Source: Eubacteriales bacterium (GTDB lineage Bacteria > Bacillota > Clostridia > Oscillospirales > CAG-272). From it: a stretch of DNA of 64,000 nt. Positions within the stretch are counted from its first letter, which is position 1. Every line of letters starts with the position of its first letter. The stretch covers positions 1,428 to 65,427 of the forward strand of contig JAHAZT010000060.1 in NCBI GenBank assembly GCA_018383975.1, in the 5' to 3' direction. Below, one piece after another: positions 8,178 through 17,549 of the stretch. A program made the position numbers and the translations under genes. Below the pieces are notes generated by a model. That model saw only the letters and a list, made by a program, of their open reading frames with translations, did not search any database and was not told the DNA's origin.

Positions 8178-8216
8178 AAGTCCGAACGGCGTTCCCGTCC
8201 GGACTTTTTTCTTTTT
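8178..8216 (+). terminator. Intrinsic terminator after rpiB
   Basis: The stem AAGTCCG/CGGACTT is followed by TTTTTCTTTTTTT. Confidence 0.7.
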
Positions 8217-8252
8217 TTCGATATATTTATCCCTTGTTAACAATATATTTAC

Positions 8253-8282
8253 TTGACTTTTTGCTCCGACAGGTGATATAAT
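8253..8282 (+). promoter_or_regulatory. Extended -10 promoter of the surface-protein gene
   Basis: TTGACT, an 18-nt spacer, then TGATATAAT. Confidence 0.55.
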
Positions 8283-8357
8283 AAGCGTGTAGAAGTTTGC
8301 TCTGAAAGGAGCAACCTCAAAAAAAGCAATTTATTTTTTGAAAGGAAACTATTCGCA

Positions 8358-10316
8358 ATGAAAAAGATCGTATCAATTCTTATTGCTGCCGTTATGGTTC
8401 TCGGCGTTGCCTCGCTCGGCATTTCCGCCGCAAGCATAACCTACGCCGCAGGTCCGAACAATTCCAAGATAACCTGTGTTGACTTCCTTGATTTCTCGGA
8501 AGCAAACAACAAAGAATGGGTGGAGAAGGACGCGGACGGCAACTGGGTTGCAAAGAGCGTGTCGATGACCCCCAGCGACCCCGACACATTGGTCGCAAAC
8601 TCCGCATACATCCCGTTGAAGCAGAAGAACCTCATAAAGTTTATGAAAGACGGTTCCACAGGCGCAGACCACCTCACATGGACTCTTACCGACAACGGCG
8701 AGATTCTCAAGCTCAAAGCAGTTGACTCAAGCAAAACCCCCGGCATTCCTTTCTGTCTCGACGATATGGGCGTTGACATCACAGCCGGTCAGGAACTCAA
8801 GGGTCGTATGGAATACTGCAAAATCCGTATAAGAAACTACAGCTCCGCAGACCAGGTTTCCCTTGCATTCACTTCATCGAATATCGGCGGCGGCGGCCGT
8901 GTAATATCGAATGTTTCCATAACAAACGTTGATGTTGATGCCGCAAGCCCCGAATGGAAGACATATACGTTCAGCATGATTGAGCAGAACTCCGCAACAA
9001 ACTACGGCAGCTCTCTCCAGGTTGACGAAAAGACAGGTATCGCAGGCTCTCGTTGGGCAGGCAATATCATGGACGTTGTCTTCTTCCCCTTCGGTTACAA
9101 CATAACAGACGGTACAGGTGCTCATGAAGGCGCCGAAATGGACATTGACTATATCGTTTTCGGTACAAAGGAATACTGCGAAAACTACAAGAGCGCACTT
9201 GAAAACAAGGAAAGCCTCGTTTCCAAGATCGAAATCACAAAGCCCGCAACAAAGACAACCTATTATGTCGGCGAAGGCCTCGACACAACCGGTATGGAAG
9301 TTACGGCTACTTTTGAAGACGGCTCAAAGGAAGTCCTCGAAAGCTACAACGTAGTTTACAACTTCAACGAAGAGACAGATTCCTCCGAGGTTACCGTTTC
9401 TTACGGCAGCGCTTCGCAGAAGTATAACGTAAAGGTAATCGGTATCAAGGAAATCGCAATCGAAACTCCCGCAAAAACAACAACCTATGAAAGAGCTTCC
9501 ATAGGCAGCGTTTTCGCTCCCGAAGGACTTTCAATCAAGGTAACCTATAATGACGGTACGACGGCTGTCAAGGCGCTCGGCTCCTTCAAGCTTGAGCATG
9601 ACGCTCTCAAGGTCGGCGATAACGTAATCACAATCAACTTCTTCGGCGCAAAGACGAACTTTACAATCAACGTTATAAACGTTGTCAGCATCAAAATCGA
9701 CGCTCTTGACAAAACATACCGTTACGGCGGCGAAATTTCCGATAAGGACATTTCCGATAAAATCACCTGCGTATACAGCGACGGCTCCGAAAAATCCTAT
9801 GCCGACGCAAAAATCAACGCAACGTTTGAAAAAGAATACGACCTGACAAAGGCAGGCGAAATCGAAGTCAAGGTAAAGCTCACGGCTTCCGCTTACGATA
9901 TCGACTGCTCCGCAACGACGACGGCAAAGGTTGAAGCACCCGCCTCCGTTGAAGCGGACACATCTCTTGCAAAACTCGAATACAACGTAGACGACAGATT
10001 CTCAACAGAGGGACTTATCGTTTCTTATGTTTATGCCGACGGCAAAAAGGTCATCCTGAAGGCTGACGACTATACTGTCAAATACGACTTCTCCGAGCCC
10101 GGAGAACAGAAGGTCACCGTAACCGATAAGTATGCCGGACTTTCCGCAAGCTTTATGGCAACTGTCAAAGGCACGGCAAAACCCACAACAACAAAACCCG
10201 CAACAACGGCGGCTTCTTCCGGCGGTTGTAAATCCGTAATCGGCGCAGGCGCGGCTATCGCGATTGTTTCCGTAATCGGCGCAGGCGTTGTTCTCGGAAA
10301 GAAGAAAGAAAACTGA
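8358..10316 (+). CDS. Cell-surface protein with an N-terminal globular domain, tandem bacterial Ig-like repeats and a C-terminal TM anchor
   Basis: It has a signal peptide and about five ~80-aa repeats of the pattern …YNVKVIG… / …FTINVINV…. A PTTTKPATT linker precedes a hydrophobic tail ending in KKKEN. Confidence 0.8.
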   Translation: MKKIVSILIAAVMVLGVASLGISAASITYAAGPNNSKITCVDFLDFSEANNKEWVEKDADGNWVAKSVSMTPSDPDTLVANSAYIPLKQKNLIKFMKDGSTGADHLTWTLTDNGEILKLKAVDSSKTPGIPFCLDDMGVDITAGQELKGRMEYCKIRIRNYSSADQVSLAFTSSNIGGGGRVISNVSITNVDVDAASPEWKTYTFSMIEQNSATNYGSSLQVDEKTGIAGSRWAGNIMDVVFFPFGYNITDGTGAHEGAEMDIDYIVFGTKEYCENYKSALENKESLVSKIEITKPATKTTYYVGEGLDTTGMEVTATFEDGSKEVLESYNVVYNFNEETDSSEVTVSYGSASQKYNVKVIGIKEIAIETPAKTTTYERASIGSVFAPEGLSIKVTYNDGTTAVKALGSFKLEHDALKVGDNVITINFFGAKTNFTINVINVVSIKIDALDKTYRYGGEISDKDISDKITCVYSDGSEKSYADAKINATFEKEYDLTKAGEIEVKVKLTASAYDIDCSATTTAKVEAPASVEADTSLAKLEYNVDDRFSTEGLIVSYVYADGKKVILKADDYTVKYDFSEPGEQKVTVTDKYAGLSASFMATVKGTAKPTTTKPATTAASSGGCKSVIGAGAAIAIVSVIGAGVVLGKKKEN

Positions 10317-10348
10317 TCTGTTTTCGGACAAAACAAAATAATAAGTCA

Positions 10349-10380
10349 ATGCCCGCACCTTTTACGGTGCGGGCATTTCC
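10349..10380 (+). terminator. Intrinsic terminator
   Basis: An 11-bp stem ATGCCCGCACC/GGTGCGGGCAT, with a weak U tract. Confidence 0.6.
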
Positions 10381-10400
10381 GAAAACAAAAGGAGGACAAT

Positions 10401-11156
10401 ATGTATCCGTATTATATAATCGGCGATATAGATCTGTATTCGATATTTATAATGCTCGCCGTTGTTGCGGCTGTCGCCGTTTACAGAATATGTGCCGACA
10501 GAGCGAAGATAAACGCAAAATTATTCAATTTTACGCTTATCTGTGCCCTGTTTTCAATCGCGCTCGGATTTGTTTTCTCCGTTCTTTTTCAGGCGGTTTA
10601 CAACATAAAGGAGCGCGGAAAATTTATCATCGACTCGCAGACCGGTGCAACCTTCGCCGGCGGTCTTATAGGCGGAGCCGCAACGTTCCTTTTTATATAT
10701 TTTGTTTTCGGCAAAAGGTTTGATTGCAAAAAGGGCTTTCGTCAGGTGCTTGACTGCGCCGCCTGCGCCATTCCCTCCGCTCATTTTTTCGGCAGGATAG
10801 GTTGTCTTATGAGCGGCTGCTGCTACGGCAAGCCGACGGACTCTTCCATCGGCATATATATGGTTAACCTCGGCTATAAAGTAATCCCGACGCAGCTCTT
10901 TGAAGCGATTTTCCTCCTTGTTCTGGCGTCGGTGCTGATTTTACTCCTGTTCAAAGGCAAAACACATCTTATGGAGCTTTATATGCTTGCGTACGGTGTT
11001 TTCAGATTTATAATTGAATTCTTCCGCGATGACGACCGCGGAACGCTTATATCGGGAGTTTTCTCTCCCTCGCAGATAATATCCGTTTTGCTTGTGATCG
11101 GTGCGGGAGCGGTTTATTTTGCGTCCAAAAGGCACAAAAAGGAGGCGATTGATTGA
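10401..11156 (+). CDS. lgt: Prolipoprotein diacylglyceryl transferase family protein
   Basis: A polytopic 251-aa protein with an Lgt-like core (…FFGRIGCLMSGCCYGKPT…PTQLFEA…RFIIEFFRDD). Confidence 0.7.
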   Translation: MYPYYIIGDIDLYSIFIMLAVVAAVAVYRICADRAKINAKLFNFTLICALFSIALGFVFSVLFQAVYNIKERGKFIIDSQTGATFAGGLIGGAATFLFIYFVFGKRFDCKKGFRQVLDCAACAIPSAHFFGRIGCLMSGCCYGKPTDSSIGIYMVNLGYKVIPTQLFEAIFLLVLASVLILLLFKGKTHLMELYMLAYGVFRFIIEFFRDDDRGTLISGVFSPSQIISVLLVIGAGAVYFASKRHKKEAID

Positions 11157-11929
11157 AAAAACGCGCATTTGACTGTAAACACGCCTGCGTGGCGTCGCTT
11201 GTGGTATCGCTCCTCCTTATGGCGCTTGTTATGCTGATAAAAACCGGCGATAGCGTGCTCGATTCGCTCCTTTCCCTTCTGATAACAAGAGCGTCGCTTT
11301 CGGGTTCGTTCTTTTTCCTTGCGAAATATCTTTCGCTTGATATATTTTCTCCGAAAATAAAAAATGCCGCGCTGACAATTCCCTGTCTTTTGGTCGCGCT
11401 GAACAACCTTCCCTTTATCGCGCTTATTCGCGGTACCGCATCCGTAGCGGCTCCCGTCGGCAGAATAATTCTGCTTGCGACAAGCTGTCTTGCCGTCGCG
11501 GCTTACGAGGAGATTGCGTTCCGCGGAGTGCTTTTTCTTTCCCTCTGCAAATCGCACAGGACGAAAAAAGGCATCTTCTTTTCCGCCGTGATATCCTCCG
11601 CCGTGTTCGGACTGTTCCATCTGCTGAACCTTATAGACGGCGCCGGAATAGGCGCTGTGATTATGCAGATCGGCTATTCGTTTCTTATCGGCGGGATGTG
11701 CGCTGTTGTTCTGACAGCCTGCGGGAGCATTTTTCCCTGTATAATTCTTCACGCGATATTCAACTTCTGCGGCGGTCTCGTTCCGACGCTCGGCGCAGGC
11801 TATGAAACCGTATGGGACGCGGCAACCATTATAATAACGGCGGCTCTGGCGATGATATGCGCCGCAATTCTGATAATTTATCTTGTCCGTCGCGGTGACG
11901 AAAACATAAATTCTTTTTATCTGTATTGA
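11153..11929 (+). CDS. CPBP (CAAX/Abi) family intramembrane metalloprotease
   Basis: Supporting motifs are EEIAFRG, FGLFHL and LHAIFN. The TTG start is preceded by GGAGG. Confidence 0.8.
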   Translation: MKKRAFDCKHACVASLVVSLLLMALVMLIKTGDSVLDSLLSLLITRASLSGSFFFLAKYLSLDIFSPKIKNAALTIPCLLVALNNLPFIALIRGTASVAAPVGRIILLATSCLAVAAYEEIAFRGVLFLSLCKSHRTKKGIFFSAVISSAVFGLFHLLNLIDGAGIGAVIMQIGYSFLIGGMCAVVLTACGSIFPCIILHAIFNFCGGLVPTLGAGYETVWDAATIIITAALAMICAAILIIYLVRRGDENINSFYLY

Positions 11930-11940
11930 TTTTGAAAATT

Positions 11941-11975
11941 AAAAACGGCCTGCCTGTCGGCAAGCCGTTTTTTTG
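11941..11975. terminator. Bidirectional terminator between convergent genes
   Basis: The stem AAAAACGGC…GCCGTTTTT has A and T runs on both sides. Confidence 0.7.
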
Positions 11976-11984
11976 TTTCTGATA

Positions 11985-13049
11985 TTACATTCCGCCGAAG
12001 CCGGAGTGCTCGATACCCTGAATGAGATATCTCTGACAGAACAGATACATGATGATAAGAGGAAGTATGATAAGCATACCTGCCGTGTTTTTAACGGCAA
12101 CCTCAAACGTCTCGACGTATGCGCCCGCCTGCTTGCTGATTTCTTCAAGCGATGCGGGAAGTCTCTGCCAGAACGAATTTGACGTCAGCAGTGTGTGTTC
12201 GGAAGCGTTCAGGAACGTATTCGTATAGAAAATATCCGTCCACTGCCACGAGAATGACAGTATGAATACCGTGATAAGCATCGGTACCGAAAGAGGAAGG
12301 ATAATCTTTATAAACGTCTTGAAAACGCCGTAGCCGTCAACATATGACGATTCTTCAAGCTCATCCGGAACGCCGCGATAGAACTGTCTCATAAGGAATA
12401 TGAACAGACCGTTCTTGAATGCAAGTCCCGTAAGTGAGAGGAAGAATATCGGAACGTAGGTATTGTAGAAGCCCTGCGTGAAGCCGAGAGCGTTACACAG
12501 TCTCGACAGGTCTATTCCCAGTATTGACGGGTACATGAAGTGCATTGTAAACGAGGAACCGAGTATTTGATGAGGAACAATCATCGTCAGCACGACGAGA
12601 AGGAAAAGCAATTTGTTTCCCTTGAATTTGAACTTCGCAAAACCGTATCCGACCATCGCGCAGACGAATGTCTGAATGAGCGCGGTCGAAATCGAAAGAA
12701 GGAAGGTATTGAGAAGTGCGCGGAAATAATGGTTCTCAACTATGAGGAATTTCCATGTGTCCGTCGTCGGATACTTCGGAATGAGCTTTATCGTTCCGAG
12801 CTTAAGATACATGATGTCCTTCGGGCTCATGAACGACGTTGAAATCTTGGAAAAGAAGGGGAAAAGAATAATGTATGAAATACCGAGGAGAAGCACGAAT
12901 CTGAATATCGCCACAAGAATTTTCTTATAGAAATATGCGTTCAGATACTTCGCTTTCAGCCTTTCGCGGAGCGGAGCTCTGTCAAATTCCACTCTTATCT
13001 TGTTTTTGCTTTCTTTCTTGACACGGGGTGCCATTGTGTTGTTATCCAT
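11985..13049 (-). CDS. ABC transporter permease (MalG/carbohydrate type), second pair
   Basis: Multi-TM, 354 aa, with an EAA-loop-like segment EESSYVDGYGVFKTFIKIILPLSVP. Confidence 0.85.
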   Translation of the reverse strand: MDNNTMAPRVKKESKNKIRVEFDRAPLRERLKAKYLNAYFYKKILVAIFRFVLLLGISYIILFPFFSKISTSFMSPKDIMYLKLGTIKLIPKYPTTDTWKFLIVENHYFRALLNTFLLSISTALIQTFVCAMVGYGFAKFKFKGNKLLFLLVVLTMIVPHQILGSSFTMHFMYPSILGIDLSRLCNALGFTQGFYNTYVPIFFLSLTGLAFKNGLFIFLMRQFYRGVPDELEESSYVDGYGVFKTFIKIILPLSVPMLITVFILSFSWQWTDIFYTNTFLNASEHTLLTSNSFWQRLPASLEEISKQAGAYVETFEVAVKNTAGMLIILPLIIMYLFCQRYLIQGIEHSGFGGM

Positions 13050-13069
13050 AATTATCTCATCCTCCCTTC

Positions 13070-14083
13070 TCAGTCGTTACGACGCTGATAGAACACGATT
13101 TTTCTTGAAATCAGCGCCACCAGCAGAAGCGTTATTATAACCAGCGCAAAGTATGACCATGCCGCTGCCGCCTGTTGACCGTTGACGGTTGTCGTATCCG
13201 CCATTGAAAGAATATAGGACATTACCTTGTTGCTTTCAGAGGTGAACGAGTCGATAACCGTGTATACGGAGTTTGCAAGGATTATGGGGCTTATCATAGG
13301 AAGCGTTATCTTCCAGAAGATTTCCCATGACGAAGCGCCCTCCATCTGGCACGACTCGTATATCGAAGGCGAGATGGACTGAAGTCCCGCAAGGAATATC
13401 AGCATCTGTACGCCCGAACGGTTTACTATTTCGTAAATGTTCGTGATAAGCTTTGTGACACTGCTTACCAGCGTCGTTCCTATTCCCAGACTTTCAAAAA
13501 GCGCCGCAATATCCATTCCGTCGACAAGGTCGCCGAGGCCTCCTCCGCCGACGCTCCCCATATCAATGGAGCCTGTCGCGCTCATACTTTCGAGCAGAGC
13601 GTTTTCATAGTCTATCTTTGCGATGATTCCCGCGCCGACAACAACCGGCACGAAGAATATTGCTCTGAACGCCGCTCTGCCTATCATCTTCTGGTTGAGA
13701 AGAATGGCAACGAAGAGCGAGAGCATGATAATCGCAATGACTTCGACAATCTGTGTTGCAAATCCGGTGAACATTCTTTCAAGGAAGGTTTCGCCCGTTT
13801 TTGTATCAATCGTCTTTGTGAGAATGGACTGATAGTTTGAAAATCCCACCCATGTCAGCGAATAACCGCCGCCGCGTGCCGCGGGAATTTTTGAATACGA
13901 GGCAAAGCTGTAACCGATGGACTCCGCTATGATTCCGATGTAAAAGACTATAAGTCCTATTACGAACGGAAGCACGAACAGCCATCCGGCTCTTGCCTTT
14001 TTCGCGCTCAGAGAGACTGACTTTTTGGGTATCAACCTTTTTATAAACGCGGAAAATTTATTTTCGCTCTGTGTTTTATCCAT
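13070..14083 (-). CDS. ABC transporter permease (MalF/carbohydrate type), second pair
   Basis: Multi-TM, 337 aa, with the EAA loop ESCQMEGASSWEIFWKITLPMISP. Confidence 0.85.
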   Translation of the reverse strand: MDKTQSENKFSAFIKRLIPKKSVSLSAKKARAGWLFVLPFVIGLIVFYIGIIAESIGYSFASYSKIPAARGGGYSLTWVGFSNYQSILTKTIDTKTGETFLERMFTGFATQIVEVIAIIMLSLFVAILLNQKMIGRAAFRAIFFVPVVVGAGIIAKIDYENALLESMSATGSIDMGSVGGGGLGDLVDGMDIAALFESLGIGTTLVSSVTKLITNIYEIVNRSGVQMLIFLAGLQSISPSIYESCQMEGASSWEIFWKITLPMISPIILANSVYTVIDSFTSESNKVMSYILSMADTTTVNGQQAAAAWSYFALVIITLLLVALISRKIVFYQRRND

Positions 14084-14101
14084 ATAAGGTCAATCCTCCT
14101 T

Positions 14102-17100
14102 TCAGTTTCCGGCATATGCAAAGCTGTGCTTTGCAATTACCGCATATTCGAGCGTGCCCGTCTCGGCAATCACTCTGTCTGCCGTTGTGTTGATATACAT
14201 TATCTTTCCGTCCGCGCCGACAACCTTGAGTACGTTGTTCTGCTTCGGCATGGAAGATACCGTATTTTGAAGTGTTTCCTTTGCGCGTGCAATCTGAATT
14301 GCGTTTCCGGAAGCGATTGCGCTTTCATAGCTTTCGAGCGCGGCTTCAAACGTCTTGAGACCGATTGCCGTGGGCTTGTAAGCCGTTACGGCTTCAACGG
14401 AGCTTATGGGAAGCTCTGTTTCTTTGACATCAGACTTTTCGACAAAGTTTTTCGCGGGAATTGTGAATACTCCCTTTTCTCCTTCGACAACAACATCAAA
14501 GCTGTTGTAGTTGATGAAGAAGGTCTTTGTCTTTCCGTTGTCGGATTCATACGTTACGGAAACGACGTTCTTTTCGTAGTTTCTCTTCATAACCGCTTCG
14601 CAAAAGTCGAGCGCGGATTTTGCGTTGTTGTATGCTGCGAGCTTTGCAACCTCAACCGCCGTTGCCGCAGAATAGTCCTTCTGGTCGGCGACGAGTCTGT
14701 CAACCTCGGCAACCGCTGCTTCATATTCCGCTCTTGCCTTTTTGCAGTCGGCTGTGAGTCTGTTGTAAGTTCCGAAGAGGATTGCTGCGGAGGATTCGTC
14801 AAGGCTGAGTGCCTTTTCGGTTTCGTGCGTTGTGATTGTCGCATTCTGGAGAGTGCCGATTGCGTCATTGAGCGTCTTATAGAGCGACACTACCTGCGGC
14901 AGCCACAAATCAAAGCTTACCGCGTAATAATCGGAAAGCATGCTGCCCTTGAGAAGCTCCGTGTTCTGATACGAAAGCGTGAAATAGAGTGCCGCGCCGT
15001 TTTCAATGGACTTGAGAAGTCTGTACTGAACGTCGCCTTCAAGGTTCATCGGCGTGCCCGCATAGTTCGCATAGCCGTGAAGCACCATTCCCGCAAAAGG
15101 AACGGACGCCGTCGAAACGGAGAAGCCGCTGTTATCAAGGCTGAAGTCAACTATATCGGTTACATAAGGAAGCGTGAATGCGTTTCCGCCGGAAACAAGC
15201 ACCTTGCCGTTGTCGGCTTTGAGCTTTTTAAGGAATTCCGTTGTGTAATATTTTGAGTCCTCGCGGGTGATGGGGTCGTCCTCATCGAAGTCGGACGAGA
15301 GCATCGAGCCGAGAGACGATACGCCGATTGCGCCGACGTTGTATTTGAGATATTTCTTTGCGAATTTCTCATAGATAGCTTCAAAGGAGCCTGTGGATAC
15401 AACGTTTCTTGCACCGCCGGCAAGCACCATCTGCCATACGTAGTCGTAATCGCGGACCATTTTGTATTTGCCTATCATGGATTTTGCCGCATACTTCTTG
15501 AAGGAGAAGCCTGCGTTTGCGTCGAGATAAGAGACGCTTGCAAAATCGTAATCGGGATAAATCGTCGCGCCGTGTTCCTCGGCATATCTGAGCAGCTTTT
15601 CAAAGCCCTTCTTGCCGCCGAGAACGCCCGGCCATTTGACCTTTGTTATAACGTTGCCCGTCTCCGTCATAAGAATACGGACATCGTTTATATTGCTCTC
15701 GCCGAGGATATTGCACATCTTCTGAATGTCTTCATAAGATGTGAGAGCCTTTTTCTTTGATATCGGGAATGAAAGAAACTTCTCATATGCCGTTGTATAG
15801 CCGAAGGTATTGATATAGAGCGGCATTGTCGTATCGTTTTCAAGATCCTTGATCTTTTCCATACCGCCGGTCTTTATAAGATAGTTTCTGTAAGCCGCCG
15901 CCATTCCGACGTAAGACGGATAATAATAGTCCTTTACGTTGTTCTTCTCTGCGGCAACGGGGTCTGTGAGAAGGATATATCTTATAGTGTAATTTCCGAG
16001 GTACTTCGTATCAACCGTGCCGGAAAGAGCTGCCGAGCCGCCGCTGCCGCCGCTTGCCGTCGATCCGGATGACGCCGCCGCGGAAGCGGTTGCGTCCACC
16101 TGCTTTACGGTGAAGCTCGCGGTAACCGTGTTGTATTCGCAGTTGCCGCCGCCGCTCGCTCCGTAAACGTTTCCGATATACGCCGTAAGCGAAGCGAACG
16201 ATTCGCCCTCGGTTATAACTCCGAGCCAGCCCGATTTGTGCGCAACCACATCAACCTTTGCGGCACGACCGGAGCGTTCGGTTGTTATTGTTTCGTTGTA
16301 ATACTGGGTAAGACCGAATACAGGCAAACGGTATTTGGCGATATTTTCGTTCACGTCCGCGCTCGCAAGCTCTCCGCTTACGTAGTCCGGACCGTAAATT
16401 TTTCCGCCCTGCGAGCCTTTCGTCTTTACCGTGCCGTCGTCATTGTAATATTCAATGATTGTGCCGCTGCCGTCGGGAATGAAGAGGTATCCGCCCGTTC
16501 TTGTGATGTTGCCCGTCGACTTTGTCGAGGCGCATCCGAAGTACGGAAGAAGCGATATGCTTTCAAGCATATAGTTTGTCTCGTTGTAACGGATACTCTT
16601 TGAAGGAATCGAAGCGGAAAGCCCGTGCTCGTCGATTGTATACTCAATGGCAAGACGGAACAGTGCCGGCTCCTTCGCGTCACCCTCATACATTGTAAGC
16701 TCGTGGTCATATTCGAGCTCGTCATATGTGTATTCGGGGCAATATTTTCTTATAAGCGCTTCCACCTTTTTTACAACACGCGCGCTCTGCTGATTGAGAA
16801 CGTATATAACCATGTCATGGTTGGCTGCAAGACATTTGTAGCCCGTGTCCGCATCACGCCATATGCTGACGTATACCGCATTGTCGGGGTCTGTCTGGTC
16901 GAGGAGCCTATAAATATTTGCCTGAGAGTCTCTCTCTCCGTTGATGAAGAACGAATTGAACGTATTCAGCTCGTCCTTTGTCATATTGGATCTCTGAGCA
17001 TCGAGAATATTATAAATTTTTTCTTCAAAACGGCTCTTTTCTATCCAGTAAGGAATGAGTCGCTTTGATTCAACCGTACCGAGCGCATACTCAACGCGGA

Positions 17101-17533
17101 CGCCGTTTGTAAGCGTTTTGAACGTAATCTGGTCGCCGTTCATTGCCGCGTCCTTGAAGGAATTGAATATGCCCGTTGACTGCGTCTCGACATCCGTATA
17201 TGAAAGGATGACCTGAGACATCAGCGCCTGACGGTGTGTTTCGTTCGTTTTTGCGTTTACCGCAACGTCATAGGGGTTTGAAAATACATATTCGCCTGTT
17301 TTGAGGTTTTTGAGCGCGAATTCGCCGGACTTTCTGTCGAAATACATCTCGTATCCGTATTCATCGCTCTTATACATCATTTCCATCGTATCGACCTTTT
17401 TCTGCTGATCCGTATACGCCGTGGAATGATAATTTTCAATCGCCACTTCTTCTGCTGCGCGGGCGGAAACGCAGAAAACCGGTATTATCATCAGTGCGGC
17501 AAGAAAAAGTGCCGCGATTCTTTTCATTTTCAT
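14102..17533 (-). CDS. Large secreted protein of unknown function (1143 aa)
   Basis: It has a signal peptide (…VFCVSARAAEE) and a Ser/Gly/Ala linker near aa 480-505. I recognise no catalytic motif. It sits within the ABC operon with 16-18 bp gaps to its neighbours. Confidence 0.8.
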   Translation of the reverse strand: MKMKRIAALFLAALMIIPVFCVSARAAEEVAIENYHSTAYTDQQKKVDTMEMMYKSDEYGYEMYFDRKSGEFALKNLKTGEYVFSNPYDVAVNAKTNETHRQALMSQVILSYTDVETQSTGIFNSFKDAAMNGDQITFKTLTNGVRVEYALGTVESKRLIPYWIEKSRFEEKIYNILDAQRSNMTKDELNTFNSFFINGERDSQANIYRLLDQTDPDNAVYVSIWRDADTGYKCLAANHDMVIYVLNQQSARVVKKVEALIRKYCPEYTYDELEYDHELTMYEGDAKEPALFRLAIEYTIDEHGLSASIPSKSIRYNETNYMLESISLLPYFGCASTKSTGNITRTGGYLFIPDGSGTIIEYYNDDGTVKTKGSQGGKIYGPDYVSGELASADVNENIAKYRLPVFGLTQYYNETITTERSGRAAKVDVVAHKSGWLGVITEGESFASLTAYIGNVYGASGGGNCEYNTVTASFTVKQVDATASAAASSGSTASGGSGGSAALSGTVDTKYLGNYTIRYILLTDPVAAEKNNVKDYYYPSYVGMAAAYRNYLIKTGGMEKIKDLENDTTMPLYINTFGYTTAYEKFLSFPISKKKALTSYEDIQKMCNILGESNINDVRILMTETGNVITKVKWPGVLGGKKGFEKLLRYAEEHGATIYPDYDFASVSYLDANAGFSFKKYAAKSMIGKYKMVRDYDYVWQMVLAGGARNVVSTGSFEAIYEKFAKKYLKYNVGAIGVSSLGSMLSSDFDEDDPITREDSKYYTTEFLKKLKADNGKVLVSGGNAFTLPYVTDIVDFSLDNSGFSVSTASVPFAGMVLHGYANYAGTPMNLEGDVQYRLLKSIENGAALYFTLSYQNTELLKGSMLSDYYAVSFDLWLPQVVSLYKTLNDAIGTLQNATITTHETEKALSLDESSAAILFGTYNRLTADCKKARAEYEAAVAEVDRLVADQKDYSAATAVEVAKLAAYNNAKSALDFCEAVMKRNYEKNVVSVTYESDNGKTKTFFINYNSFDVVVEGEKGVFTIPAKNFVEKSDVKETELPISSVEAVTAYKPTAIGLKTFEAALESYESAIASGNAIQIARAKETLQNTVSSMPKQNNVLKVVGADGKIMYINTTADRVIAETGTLEYAVIAKHSFAYAGN

Positions 17534-17549
17534 GCAGATTCCTCCCTTC

